A DNA stretch of 43,861 nucleotides from a virus (IMGVR_UViG_3300046832_000271:1-43861), one strand, 5' to 3'. Counted from the first letter of the stretch, positions 26,155 through 36,430 are shown. Program-made: numbers and translations. Notes: generated by a model not told the origin, from the sequence alone.

Positions 26155-26466
26155 ATGGCGAGACCTTATAGTGAACAATTTTTAATCAGCCTTCAAAAAG
26201 CTGACCCGACGAGGATAGGTGTACAACTAGGTAGAATTTGTGTAAAAGCAAATCTGCCTACCACCTACGTGGCCGAGGCCTTCAATGTATCAAGAATGTC
26301 TATACATAGTTGGTTCAGAGGTCAATATGTTAGAGAAAAGAATTACGAGAAGATAACTAAATTTATAGAGTTAATTAATAAAGGTATTGACAAGGGTATA
26401 TTACCTGCTACAACGTCTACCGATGCTAAATACTTTATTCAATCTAAAGTTATCGATAAGATATAA
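26155..26466 (+). CDS. HTH DNA-binding protein
   Basis: VAEAFNVSRMSIHSWFRG Cro/XRE-like HTH. Confidence 0.75.
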   Translation: MARPYSEQFLISLQKADPTRIGVQLGRICVKANLPTTYVAEAFNVSRMSIHSWFRGQYVREKNYEKITKFIELINKGIDKGILPATTSTDAKYFIQSKVIDKI

Positions 26467-26486
26467 AACGTAGTAGAATAGATATT

Positions 26487-26565
26487 CCTCCGTGATATTT
26501 GAAAAAACGCAATTTATTGCGGAGGCTTACTGTTGACTAAAAAAAGAGAAGGTCACTGCATATGA
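26487..26565 (+). promoter_or_regulatory. SD-sequestering hairpin plus 10-codon leader ORF upstream of primase
   Basis: CCTCCGTGATA/TATTGCGGAGG stem; GGAGG-7nt-TTG ACT AAA AAA AGA GAA GGT CAC TGC ATA TGA overlapping primase ATG. Confidence 0.45.
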
Positions 26566-29414
26566 TTAAAGAATTTTATAAGAAAGCATTGCCATCTACA
26601 GGCGTATATTGTGTGGCTACTATCGATCCGATAGCTAAGATCACTAAGCACAAATTCGTAGAAAACATAGATGAGTTAGAATCATTTGTTGAATCTAAGA
26701 AGGACTCGAAGACTAATATCTTTGTAGCACTTAGTTCATTCAATGGTTATAGTCGTAAGGCAGAGGAAGCTAAAGCAGTTAAATCTTTCTTTGTAGATTT
26801 AGATGTTGGCGAAGGCAAAGGATATGAGTCTAAAGAAGACGCCCTTGATGCTATCGATAAATTTATATTAGATAACGACTTGCCACCTCCAGTGAGAATA
26901 GATTCAGGGGGTGGAGTTCACGCATATTGGATTTTTGATCAAGATGTACCTGCAGCGGAATGGAAACCCTACGCTGAGAAGTTTAAAAACTTTTGCTTGA
27001 CACACGGTCTGAACATAGATCCTGTAGTGACAGCAGATTTAGCTAGAATTCTACGTTGCCCAGACACGTTTAATCAAAAAACAGATCCACCACTTCCTAC
27101 TAAAGTACTTGGTACTGATATCCCAGTATATTCATTTGAAGAGTTCAAGACTTTTTTAGGTGCAGTAGCACAAACGCATGACGATTTAATTGCAGCGTTA
27201 CCCAAGACAGGACTTAGCGAAGATCAACGTAAGATGATGAAGTTGGATAATTTCCAAACTAAGTTTTCTGATATCGCTGTTAAGTCTTTAGAAGGTAAGG
27301 GATGTAATCAGATTAAGTTTATCTTAGAGAATGCAAAGACCTTGACGGAACCTATTTGGTATTCTGGGTTATCCATAGCACAACATTGTTCTGATCGTGA
27401 CACTGCGATCCACATGATGTCTGAGGAACATCCAGGTTATGACAAGGAAGCCACTAATAGAAAGGCCCAAGCTACACAAGATAAACCACACTCTTGCGAA
27501 ACCTTTAACAACGTTAATCCGGGCGGTTGCGAAGGTTGTCCGTTTAGAGGCAAGATAACAAATCCGTTAGCTATAGGTAAAGAACTACAAGTAGCACAAC
27601 CTGTGACCGAAACGGTACTAGAAACTAAAACAGAAACAATTAACCAAACTACAAAAGTTACAACTAAGCTCAATGGGTTACCACAAGAATTACAACCTTT
27701 TGTCTACGGTAAAAACGGGGGTATCTATTATTTACCACCGCATGAATACGATGAGAACGGAGTACCGATCCCAAAAGATCCTATCATAGTTTCACTCTAT
27801 GATATCTACCCTACGAAACGAATCTTTAGTGTTGCAGATGGAGAATGCCTGCTCATGAAGGCCATGCTACCGAACGATCCTGAAAGAGAATTCTTATTAC
27901 CTATTAAGCATGTATATGCTATTGAAAAGTTTAAAGAAGCTATTGCAAGTAATGGCGTTTTATTTAATCCCGGAAACAAGGAGGTAGGATATCTTATGAA
28001 TTACATAATTAAATGGGGTCAGTACTTAATGAACAAATCCGCTGCAGATGTTATGCGGATGCAAATGGGGTGGACACCAAACAGAGAATCGTTTGTCATT
28101 GGAGCAATTGAATATACACGAGACTTTAAAGATGTATCGTCTCCAACGTCACCACTATGTAGGGGTATCGCTAAACACTTAGCCCCTATGGGTAAGTACG
28201 AAGAATGGAAACTCGCTGCTAATAAACTTAATAAACCAAGTTTAGAACTACATGCATTCACAATGTTAGCAGGGTTTGGCTCCGCGTTAATGGAGTACAC
28301 ATCTACATCAGGGGTCACCATATGTTTAACAGGTGAATCAGGGGCAGCTAAGACAGGTGCTTTATATTCAGCACTAAGTGTATGGGGTAACCCGAAGGAT
28401 TTATCTGTGTTAGACGCAACAGAGAATGGTATGACAGGTCGATACTTAGGCCTACATAATATTCCCTTTGGCCTCGACGAGGTGGGTAATATATTACCTA
28501 AGACACTGTCTCAACTGATACACAAGATATCACAAGGTAAATCAAAGATCAGAATGCAAGCCTCTGTGAATGCAGAACGTGAACACGAGATGTCAGCTTC
28601 ATTGATTGCAATCTTTACATCAAATCATTCTTTATATGACAAGTTAACTACGTTGAAGAAAGATCCTAATGGTGAGGTAGCAAGGCTTATTGAGTTATCA
28701 GTGAGAAAACCGGACATATTTAGAGACGATGCAACACTAGGTCGTGAGATATTTGACTCGTTTAGATTTAACCACGGTTGGGCAGGACCAGAGTTTATTA
28801 AAGCAGTTTATAAGATAGGCGAACTAGAGATAAGTAAAATGATTGATAAGTGGTGTGCTAAATTCTCTAAAGATTTTGGTGAAGATACCGCATATCGCTT
28901 TTATCAAAACTTAGTTGCAGCTGCTATGACATCAGGCGAGATTACTAACGCATCAGGTATTACTGACTTTGATTTAAATAGAATTTATAAAAAGATTGTA
29001 ACTGAAATGATTACTATTAAAGACAATGTAGTTAAAGTCAATAGTATAGATTATGAGTCAGTGCTTTCAGATTATATTAATAAGAATCAAACTGGCATCT
29101 TAGCATTCAAAGATAATAAGATTACGATGGAACCACGTACTGCCCTTGTTATCCGAGTAGAGAATGATGAAAATACAATGTGGATCTCTAAGACTGAATT
29201 TGATAAGTATCTAGGTGAGATGACTATAAGCCGCAAAGAGCTTTTATTCCAGATGAAAGAATCAGGTATTCAAGTAGATGCGGGAAGAGATGTTAAAAAA
29301 CGTATGAATGCAGGATGGAAAGATTTTGGTAAAGCAGCTACAAGTGTTTACAAGGTTAACTTGGCTTCACTTCCTGAAGCAATGTTAAAGGGGTTAGATA
29401 GTGAGTCTCACTAA
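26562..29414 (+). CDS. Primase-helicase (AEP/RepB-like N-terminus, DUF927-like P-loop domain)
   Basis: FFVDLD, SGGGVHAYW, ARILR.P.T.N; C..CP zinc site; Walker A-like GESGAAKT, Walker B LDE. Confidence 0.88.
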   Translation: MIKEFYKKALPSTGVYCVATIDPIAKITKHKFVENIDELESFVESKKDSKTNIFVALSSFNGYSRKAEEAKAVKSFFVDLDVGEGKGYESKEDALDAIDKFILDNDLPPPVRIDSGGGVHAYWIFDQDVPAAEWKPYAEKFKNFCLTHGLNIDPVVTADLARILRCPDTFNQKTDPPLPTKVLGTDIPVYSFEEFKTFLGAVAQTHDDLIAALPKTGLSEDQRKMMKLDNFQTKFSDIAVKSLEGKGCNQIKFILENAKTLTEPIWYSGLSIAQHCSDRDTAIHMMSEEHPGYDKEATNRKAQATQDKPHSCETFNNVNPGGCEGCPFRGKITNPLAIGKELQVAQPVTETVLETKTETINQTTKVTTKLNGLPQELQPFVYGKNGGIYYLPPHEYDENGVPIPKDPIIVSLYDIYPTKRIFSVADGECLLMKAMLPNDPEREFLLPIKHVYAIEKFKEAIASNGVLFNPGNKEVGYLMNYIIKWGQYLMNKSAADVMRMQMGWTPNRESFVIGAIEYTRDFKDVSSPTSPLCRGIAKHLAPMGKYEEWKLAANKLNKPSLELHAFTMLAGFGSALMEYTSTSGVTICLTGESGAAKTGALYSALSVWGNPKDLSVLDATENGMTGRYLGLHNIPFGLDEVGNILPKTLSQLIHKISQGKSKIRMQASVNAEREHEMSASLIAIFTSNHSLYDKLTTLKKDPNGEVARLIELSVRKPDIFRDDATLGREIFDSFRFNHGWAGPEFIKAVYKIGELEISKMIDKWCAKFSKDFGEDTAYRFYQNLVAAAMTSGEITNASGITDFDLNRIYKKIVTEMITIKDNVVKVNSIDYESVLSDYINKNQTGILAFKDNKITMEPRTALVIRVENDENTMWISKTEFDKYLGEMTISRKELLFQMKESGIQVDAGRDVKKRMNAGWKDFGKAATSVYKVNLASLPEAMLKGLDSESH

Positions 29415-29601
29415 AGAACCTGAATGGGTATTTCCGTTTGAAGCAATGAGTGTTGGGGATAGTTTCTTTGTCCCCACCTTAAAGCCCTCGCCTATTATTT
29501 ATGCAATAGAGACCGGTGCTAAGCGTGCAGGATGTGTAGCTAAAGCTTTTGTAACTGAAAAAGATGGATGTCTAGGAGTTAGGGCTTGGCGAATTAAGTA
29601 A
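29401..29601 (+). CDS. Small conserved phage protein
   Basis: FPFEAM.VGDSFFVP...GVRAWR motif. Confidence 0.7.
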   Translation: MSLTKEPEWVFPFEAMSVGDSFFVPTLKPSPIIYAIETGAKRAGCVAKAFVTEKDGCLGVRAWRIK

Positions 29602-32600
29602 CTAGTCGCCGTATTCTTCGATGATTTGATTCTTAAGTTTCTTATTAAGATAAACGCCATCAACAGAGTTTTTAATTCTTTCCATATGACCGCGATAAGA
29701 TCTAGATAAAGTATCGGGAGAAATTTTGTTACTTGGGTATGACTCATTGTATCCTGCAATCTTGTCTTTAATTTCCGCTAACATATCATCATCACCATTA
29801 GACTTAGCTAAGAAATGTAGGTCTAGCAACGAAGTACGTCTCGAAGCAATTTTTTGTTCTGCTTTTTTCATAGATCCGGCTCTCGCGTAAGCTTCTGACA
29901 ATTCGGCATTAGTAAATCCAAAGATTTGCATGAATGCGCTGTATGCACTTACGTCATCAACAATAGGCGCTCCGTTAGTTGTTGTAGCTCCTTCAGTTGC
30001 AAAACGGAAAGCTTTCAGAGGATTACGTACGAAGGACGGCGTAACAGTTTCAAGACCTCTATATACTTGCCCTTCTTTCATAAGCGTAATTGCTCGGCCT
30101 GGGTTCACAAACAAAGCTTGATAGGATGGGCCAAAGAAGTGTTCTATGAAGTACGGAGCAAATCCAACCTCTGCTAAACGTCTTGGATCATCGTGCCATA
30201 CCATACCATTGAAACCTGTTCTCGATGCTATATCAATATTTGTTAACGCATTGATTGGGCCTTTGTAGCCGATGTCCCCCACTGCTGATCGAACTGCTTC
30301 GTCAAAGTCAAACGGCTCATCATCATCACCAAACATAGCTGAAACTGCCGATGCAAACATGTTAGCCGCGCCATAAGTTGGTAAGCCTTGAAGTCCAGAG
30401 AATGCATAAGTCATACCTAAAATACCAGTTAATTGTTTCTGTGCAAGTCTACGTATCTCAGGTTTTTCGCCTTTAAATGCTAGATAGAATAAGCGAGCCA
30501 TGTTATAAATCTGTGCTTGAGCAAAAGACTTAAACGTAAATGCAACCTTACCAAGACCGTTCTGGAACATACGAGGGCCAGCTTCTGATAATGCATGTGA
30601 ATGTGTACGAGTTGTCATATCGATAGCTTCATCAATCGCAGCTTGTTCAGATAAACCATTTTCCCTAGCTAAATTAAATGCAGCAATTAATGTTACTTCT
30701 CTATTCATTCTTTCAGAATTCTGGAATATCCAACCTAAGCCAGTTTCAACCTTAGCTCTAGTACCTGTAAATTCTTCAGTAGTTCTACGTCTCATTTCTG
30801 TAAGTTCATAGCCTACACTGCGACGAATAGTAGAACGACTGACGGCATTGTGATACAAGTTATAATATTTATCTCCGGGTTTTAAATTAGCACCGAAAGT
30901 AAAATCAGGTAAGAACTTACGATTGACGTCTAAGCCGCCTTTAGTATATTGTGAGTATGCTTCTTTTAACATAGCACTTGCTTTAGTCCAGCCATATTTA
31001 CCACCGAGCATAGGAAGCACTACCATAGGAACTTGAGTTAAGTTGACTACAGCAGAAGATACGTTGCCTGCAATATGCCACATATAACTAAACCAGCTAG
31101 CTCTTGAAGAGATACTGTCAGCTACAGGGTTGTCAAGGAATTTTCTTTGGTCAATTAAGTTTTGAACGACTTGAGTAACAGGCACATTATCTTTTAAGTC
31201 TGGATTGGTTAACCTAAAATCAGCTTCATTCTTTTTAACTTCTGCCATAGCTTTATCAAGTAATGGTTTATACTCAAGATTAGAAACTTGATGGGCTAAT
31301 TTAGAACCTACATCCGCATATCCACCTACAACATCTTTAATATAACCTTCAATACCTTGACGAGTACGCATTTGTTGGCGTAAGGATTCATCAGGGAATG
31401 TGTCTAGGTAAGTCTTATAGACTTCATTAATTAAGCTTTCTTTGGCGGCAATAGAATCAGGATCATTAATATCTGCATCTATATTTTGATCTAACAAATC
31501 AATAATGCCTTTTACAAAACCTAATGGAGGCGTGTCTTTATAGTTTAATTCTCTTGTAAGTAGGCTAGTTGATATATCTTGACCATTAGCTTTTTGGGCT
31601 TCTTTAACTGCGATAGCTAATTCAGCCGGAGATTCTTTATGAATTACAACGCGCTCGCCATCTTTATCAAAGTAAGCTAATCTATAATTACCTTTACGTC
31701 TTAATGGCAAGTAGAATGAAATCTTTTCTTGTTCAAACCTTGTTCTTAATTGATCTGCAATAGATTTACCCGCAAAGAGTTCTACTTGTTTAATCATAGT
31801 CTCTCTAGCTTCGCCAAAAGCATCGGAGTATTCATAAGCTAAATTTTGTAATTCTTTAGGAGTATTATTCCACGCAGCCATTAATTGATCATCCCAATTA
31901 TCTTGTTCGTTTTTACCTTTTTTAGGATTAATACGAAGCGCTGTTAATTTATGTGCAACATCATTAAATTTATCTACCACTGGTTTAGGATATTTTTTAA
32001 GTAACTCAAACCCTTTAAATACTCTAGCGTCAACTTCTTGTCTGTATTGTTGTAATGCTCCAGCACGTTTATTAATAATATCTAATAGGTCATTAAGAGC
32101 AGGGAGTTCTTTGCCAAATAAATCTGCTTGTTGAGGTAATGATAAGAATGAAAGACCAATAGCTCTAAGTCTATCTGGGATTGTAGAATAAACATTTCTT
32201 ACATCTTGTGCTAATCTTGAGTTATATATAGGCGTGCTTTTAATTGTATTACCTACAGAGTCCATAATGCCACTAGAATTTTGTGGATCAACGGTAGTAG
32301 TAGGACCTACTTTAGCCATTTGAACTGCAGGCACACCTGCTGCCTCCGCTGCTGGCGCAGCACCTCTTAACGAGGTACGCAATGAATGCAGAATCATATC
32401 TTGTAGGTCTGCAGTAGTAAATTTGTTAGGGTTGTATAAACCCATTTTAATTAGGAAATTTTTTACAGCACCCACTACACGACGAAAAATAGTGTTCTCT
32501 GGCGAAGTTTCACCAATCCGTGCAAGCACTTCTCTTAAATAAGATTCAGAACCAGGTTTTAATTCAGGATACAAATTAGTCACGTGGTCATGTGCGGCAG

Positions 32601-34848
32601 TGACAACCGGGTCCATTTTGTTTAATTGGTTAACTTGGCGTAAGGTTTGTTTATACATGGATTTACCAAGCATGCCTTCGAGCCCATGATGTTCTCCAAC
32701 TTCGTGTAACAAGGTACGTCTAGCATTTGCCGAAGTCATTCGATTAGCAATGATGTAAGACTTGCCTTTTGAGTAAGCACCTACTGCGTTGGGTTGGATA
32801 CTAGATTGTATCTCGGCAGGTAATTGGTCTACTGAGTCTACGATGTTTAGAAGACCGCGCTTCTGTGCGGTTAATATGTTATTACCAAATTCTTTTTTTA
32901 AAGTATCAGTAATAGTCTGCGCAGTTTCTTGTGTTGTAGGTACGGCTTGACGAGATTCTTGGGTAATTGAGGGCTCTACTTTAGGCGCATAAATGACAGA
33001 CCCATATGCAGTATTATCTAAGTCTGGAATTCCTCTGACATCAACCCCTTCATAACCAAGCTTTTTCATTACTTCAGTAGCGGCGGTAGGAACATACTCA
33101 TTTGTATGTATTACTTTTTCTACATTAGGCGCAGTCTTTTTAACTTCTTCTTCAATAAGACTTTTAATTTTTCCGTATTGACCTAAGCCAAGACTCTCAC
33201 TAAGTCTTGAAGCAGCTTTGTCATATAAACTATTTATATTTTCTTTAGCCCCAAAATATCCTTCCCATTCAGTTTTACCTTGGGCTAATTTAGTAACAGC
33301 ATCATTTATATCTTTTAAACCGTCGTGTAATTTAAATGCATCTTTTCTTGTTTCAGGTTTAGCCAAATTATATTTAGAGAAATCTATTTTCTCAACAGGC
33401 CTTTCAGCTTTTAATGAGGTTCCCAATACTTCAGGGCTCCCTACAAAATAAACTCCTGTGCCAAAATGACCTGTACTTCTACCTGAGGACATCCTACCTA
33501 ATGTAGTGTCAAATCCATACCCTAAATCCCCTGCATGATACCCTACATTTTCTTCTAATGCAGTGGGCTGTTGCGCTTCTCGTCCATTAGTTGGTTCAAC
33601 ATCAGTTGTAACCCCAGGAGCTCTAACTCCGAGATCTTCTGTAGTTCCTGTGGGAAGTCCTGGCTCATTGGGTCGTCCAGGTACTTGAAGAGTTTCTCCA
33701 ACTCTTGCGGTGTCAACTTCTCCAGCTCTGGTGATTGGAAGTCCATCTTGTGTCCTCATCTCCTGCACAGCAGGTTCTCTTTTTATTCCTACTATATCAG
33801 ATTCAGGTGTAGGTTCAGGTATTGGAATAGGTTGTGCTTGCGCTTGGGCTCTTTCACTTAGTCTTTCAGGTATAGCTGTAACAGCACCGAATGCGCCCCC
33901 AGCTATCGCACCACGTATACTAGATTCTAGTATGCGATTCCAGCCCTCTGAGTTAAATAACCCAGCATTCTTGTTAATAAAGTTTTCTGCTTTTAAACTA
34001 ATCGCTTCTTGTGCACCTTCAGTTAAACCTTCTAATGCAATAGACTCAGGTACGGCAGCTGTAATCTTACGAAGTAAACTTGGCTCCATGCCAGACTTCT
34101 CTAATACTTTTTCTACCAAGCCAATCTTAGCAGGCTTAGTTAATTTATTCATGATCGCTGCAGGGAACGCAGAATCTAGTCCAGCACTAATAGAACTAAA
34201 TAACAATGCAGCAGCAGGTTCTAATTGACCAGAGGTGTCGTATATGTTTTGAAATACTTCAGGAGCGTTTTGAGAGTATGAACCTAGATAGACACCTAAG
34301 TTTTGACCGAGTGCTTGACGGCTTGCTACTAATTCAGCAGCTTCTTTTGTACCTAGACCCGCAGCTTCAGCAGCACCCATTGCCGCACGGCGGCCAACCA
34401 TAGCACCTACGCCACCTGGTATTAACGCTGTTGCTAAATTAGGAATTTGTTCGCCAATAGTTTCTACGCCGTATTGTAGAGCACTACCTAATCCTTGAAC
34501 GTCTTTATACGAAGGAACACCGGGCGCATACTTACGCGCAATCTCTTCTTGAGTGCCCGCCGCTTCTTCCATTTGGCGTTTAGCATAGTCATCAAAACCT
34601 AATGCCGTTGCACCAATGGCGGGGATAATATCACCAAACGCTGAACTTACTTGCTTACCACCACGAACGACAGAGCGTTTAAAAGCTTCACCCATAGATA
34701 AATCAGGTAGTACAGGTTCTTCTGCTCGTTTTCTTTTTGTTTCTAAATATGCGGGAAGTTCGGTTTCAATTGCATTTGCAATTTGGTCTTGGGTCATACC
34801 ATCAGGAAAATCGATGGGCCCTATACCAGTTACATTTATACGAGGCAT
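29602..34848 (-). CDS. Large polyvalent / internal virion protein (ART-like, zincin and large C-terminal helical domains)
   Basis: N-terminal FPDGM motif; GYHAG...FGTGVYF...GYEGV ART-like segment; LLHEVGEHHG metallopeptidase-like motif; last gene of ejection-protein cluster. Confidence 0.8.
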   Translation of the reverse strand: MPRINVTGIGPIDFPDGMTQDQIANAIETELPAYLETKRKRAEEPVLPDLSMGEAFKRSVVRGGKQVSSAFGDIIPAIGATALGFDDYAKRQMEEAAGTQEEIARKYAPGVPSYKDVQGLGSALQYGVETIGEQIPNLATALIPGGVGAMVGRRAAMGAAEAAGLGTKEAAELVASRQALGQNLGVYLGSYSQNAPEVFQNIYDTSGQLEPAAALLFSSISAGLDSAFPAAIMNKLTKPAKIGLVEKVLEKSGMEPSLLRKITAAVPESIALEGLTEGAQEAISLKAENFINKNAGLFNSEGWNRILESSIRGAIAGGAFGAVTAIPERLSERAQAQAQPIPIPEPTPESDIVGIKREPAVQEMRTQDGLPITRAGEVDTARVGETLQVPGRPNEPGLPTGTTEDLGVRAPGVTTDVEPTNGREAQQPTALEENVGYHAGDLGYGFDTTLGRMSSGRSTGHFGTGVYFVGSPEVLGTSLKAERPVEKIDFSKYNLAKPETRKDAFKLHDGLKDINDAVTKLAQGKTEWEGYFGAKENINSLYDKAASRLSESLGLGQYGKIKSLIEEEVKKTAPNVEKVIHTNEYVPTAATEVMKKLGYEGVDVRGIPDLDNTAYGSVIYAPKVEPSITQESRQAVPTTQETAQTITDTLKKEFGNNILTAQKRGLLNIVDSVDQLPAEIQSSIQPNAVGAYSKGKSYIIANRMTSANARRTLLHEVGEHHGLEGMLGKSMYKQTLRQVNQLNKMDPVVTAAHDHVTNLYPELKPGSESYLREVLARIGETSPENTIFRRVVGAVKNFLIKMGLYNPNKFTTADLQDMILHSLRTSLRGAAPAAEAAGVPAVQMAKVGPTTTVDPQNSSGIMDSVGNTIKSTPIYNSRLAQDVRNVYSTIPDRLRAIGLSFLSLPQQADLFGKELPALNDLLDIINKRAGALQQYRQEVDARVFKGFELLKKYPKPVVDKFNDVAHKLTALRINPKKGKNEQDNWDDQLMAAWNNTPKELQNLAYEYSDAFGEARETMIKQVELFAGKSIADQLRTRFEQEKISFYLPLRRKGNYRLAYFDKDGERVVIHKESPAELAIAVKEAQKANGQDISTSLLTRELNYKDTPPLGFVKGIIDLLDQNIDADINDPDSIAAKESLINEVYKTYLDTFPDESLRQQMRTRQGIEGYIKDVVGGYADVGSKLAHQVSNLEYKPLLDKAMAEVKKNEADFRLTNPDLKDNVPVTQVVQNLIDQRKFLDNPVADSISSRASWFSYMWHIAGNVSSAVVNLTQVPMVVLPMLGGKYGWTKASAMLKEAYSQYTKGGLDVNRKFLPDFTFGANLKPGDKYYNLYHNAVSRSTIRRSVGYELTEMRRRTTEEFTGTRAKVETGLGWIFQNSERMNREVTLIAAFNLARENGLSEQAAIDEAIDMTTRTHSHALSEAGPRMFQNGLGKVAFTFKSFAQAQIYNMARLFYLAFKGEKPEIRRLAQKQLTGILGMTYAFSGLQGLPTYGAANMFASAVSAMFGDDDEPFDFDEAVRSAVGDIGYKGPINALTNIDIASRTGFNGMVWHDDPRRLAEVGFAPYFIEHFFGPSYQALFVNPGRAITLMKEGQVYRGLETVTPSFVRNPLKAFRFATEGATTTNGAPIVDDVSAYSAFMQIFGFTNAELSEAYARAGSMKKAEQKIASRRTSLLDLHFLAKSNGDDDMLAEIKDKIAGYNESYPSNKISPDTLSRSYRGHMERIKNSVDGVYLNKKLKNQIIEEYGD
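33555..33746 (-). CDS. Overprinted nested gene (+1 frame), 63-aa acidic helical protein
   Basis: GAGGA RBS 7 nt before ATG; amphipathic L/E-rich sequence; host frame here is a disordered G/R/P/T linker. Confidence 0.6.
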   Translation of the reverse strand: MDFQSPELEKLTPQELEKLFKYLDDPMSQDFPQELQKISELELLGLQLMLNQLMDEKRNSPLH

Positions 34849-34853
34849 TTTGG

Positions 34854-36428
34854 TTAGTAAAATCCTTGACCCGGAGTATAACCTGTTATTCCAGAAGCAA
34901 ATGAACTAGCTGTAAGTGGGTTTCTAACTTTTTTAGCATACACTTTGCGATAAAGTTTATCAACATCAGCTTGATATTTATCATAATTAGGAGAGCCAGG
35001 TATAACACCTTTGTCGCCATATGTACCTTCTAACGCTTTTAAACCTTCTTTATACTCTTTATCCTCTGTTACAAGCGGGTCAATTTTAGTAGCTCTTTCT
35101 ACCGCATTAGGTAAGTCTTTTTGAGCCGCAGTAATTTCTTTGCCGCGTAAATCATAAATATTATCAAGCAGACGCATTTGCATATCGTTAGCCATCTTCT
35201 TATCAGCAATTTTTTCTTGTGAGTCACGAGCAAGTTGAGCATCACGACTGTCAACACCTTTAGAAGCAATCGCAAGTTGTTCGGCACGTTGTGCTTTAGC
35301 CATGTCATTTACTAATGTAAATCGTTTTTCTTCTAATGCAGCCATTTTATCTTGAGCGTCGCCATAAGATTTAACACCAGCTAAGGCTCCTTTACCAATA
35401 TTAACTAAAGCAAAAGGTGATGTACCTGAAGCTATATTTAATCCTGCTTCTAGCATAGCCATACCTGGCGCTCTGTCTTCCATGCGTTGAGAACGAGCGT
35501 CCATCTTTTCCATTCTTGCTGCTAACTTAGCTTGCATAGGATCTTCACCTACAACATCTCTGAATTCTTTAGCATAATCAGATAGACTCTTAACACCTTC
35601 TCTTGTACCGCCTTTAGGAGCATAGATATCTCTAATAGCTTTTTCTTTTTCTTTAGCTAAATCTCTTTGTTTATCCATAGCTGCTTTATCCGCTGATTGT
35701 TTTAATGCTGCTACGGAAGTAGGGGAATCTGGTCCTCCACCAGTTGGATAATTTTCCGCCGGTCTCATCGATTCATTAATTGTATTCATGCGGTCATAGT
35801 CTTGTTGTGTAGCTTGATTTTTAGACGCTTTTAATCTTAGTCTAGCGTATTCATCAGCTAAGTCAGTTCTAGGCATGCCACTAATAAATGGGTTCATCGA
35901 ACGTTGATTTTCAAAAGCTCTGATAATGTCTTGATCTGGGTTAGGACCAAGTAATCCCTCGCCATAAAGATCTTCACCAAATAGTTTTGGAGATTTATAA
36001 GGATTTATATATTCTTTTACTTCGCCGCCATACAAACTAGGGTTAACGTAGCTACCATAAGGTCCTGCATAACTAGGAACATCGCCACCTTCATCAAACG
36101 CTACGATACCGCCAGTTGCCATGCCTTGACCACTAAACATCTGATCAGGTATAGGAAGACCTGCAACACCTTGTTCTGCTACTGGAGCTTGTTGTGGTGA
36201 CATTGCTGCAATACCTTGTGGTTGCGGTTGAGCTTGTTGTCCTAGGTCTTCTGCTACGCTTGATTGAGGTGCTTGTTGTGCTTGATATTTAGCACGCATA
36301 TCTTTACGGCGTTGTAATTCTGATAATGCTAAATAGCTAGGAACATTACCTGTAGGATTTTGAACATAACCAATTAGTGCATCATCTGGTACACTTTTTA
36401 ATTCATTTTGTAATTTAATAATGTTCAT
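34854..36428 (-). CDS. Putative internal virion (ejection) protein
   Basis: 524 aa; MATGGIVAFDEGG motif, coiled coils; AAGGA RBS. Confidence 0.7.
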   Translation of the reverse strand: MNIIKLQNELKSVPDDALIGYVQNPTGNVPSYLALSELQRRKDMRAKYQAQQAPQSSVAEDLGQQAQPQPQGIAAMSPQQAPVAEQGVAGLPIPDQMFSGQGMATGGIVAFDEGGDVPSYAGPYGSYVNPSLYGGEVKEYINPYKSPKLFGEDLYGEGLLGPNPDQDIIRAFENQRSMNPFISGMPRTDLADEYARLRLKASKNQATQQDYDRMNTINESMRPAENYPTGGGPDSPTSVAALKQSADKAAMDKQRDLAKEKEKAIRDIYAPKGGTREGVKSLSDYAKEFRDVVGEDPMQAKLAARMEKMDARSQRMEDRAPGMAMLEAGLNIASGTSPFALVNIGKGALAGVKSYGDAQDKMAALEEKRFTLVNDMAKAQRAEQLAIASKGVDSRDAQLARDSQEKIADKKMANDMQMRLLDNIYDLRGKEITAAQKDLPNAVERATKIDPLVTEDKEYKEGLKALEGTYGDKGVIPGSPNYDKYQADVDKLYRKVYAKKVRNPLTASSFASGITGYTPGQGFY

Positions 36429-36430
36429 AA

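Noticed and set aside
26387-26415. TTGACA inside the HTH gene as a primase promoter
   Set aside because: No convincing -10 element at 16-18 nt spacing
33218-34909. Plus-strand ORFs antisense to the polyvalent protein
   Set aside because: Ser/Ala/Pro-rich antisense shadows without expression signals
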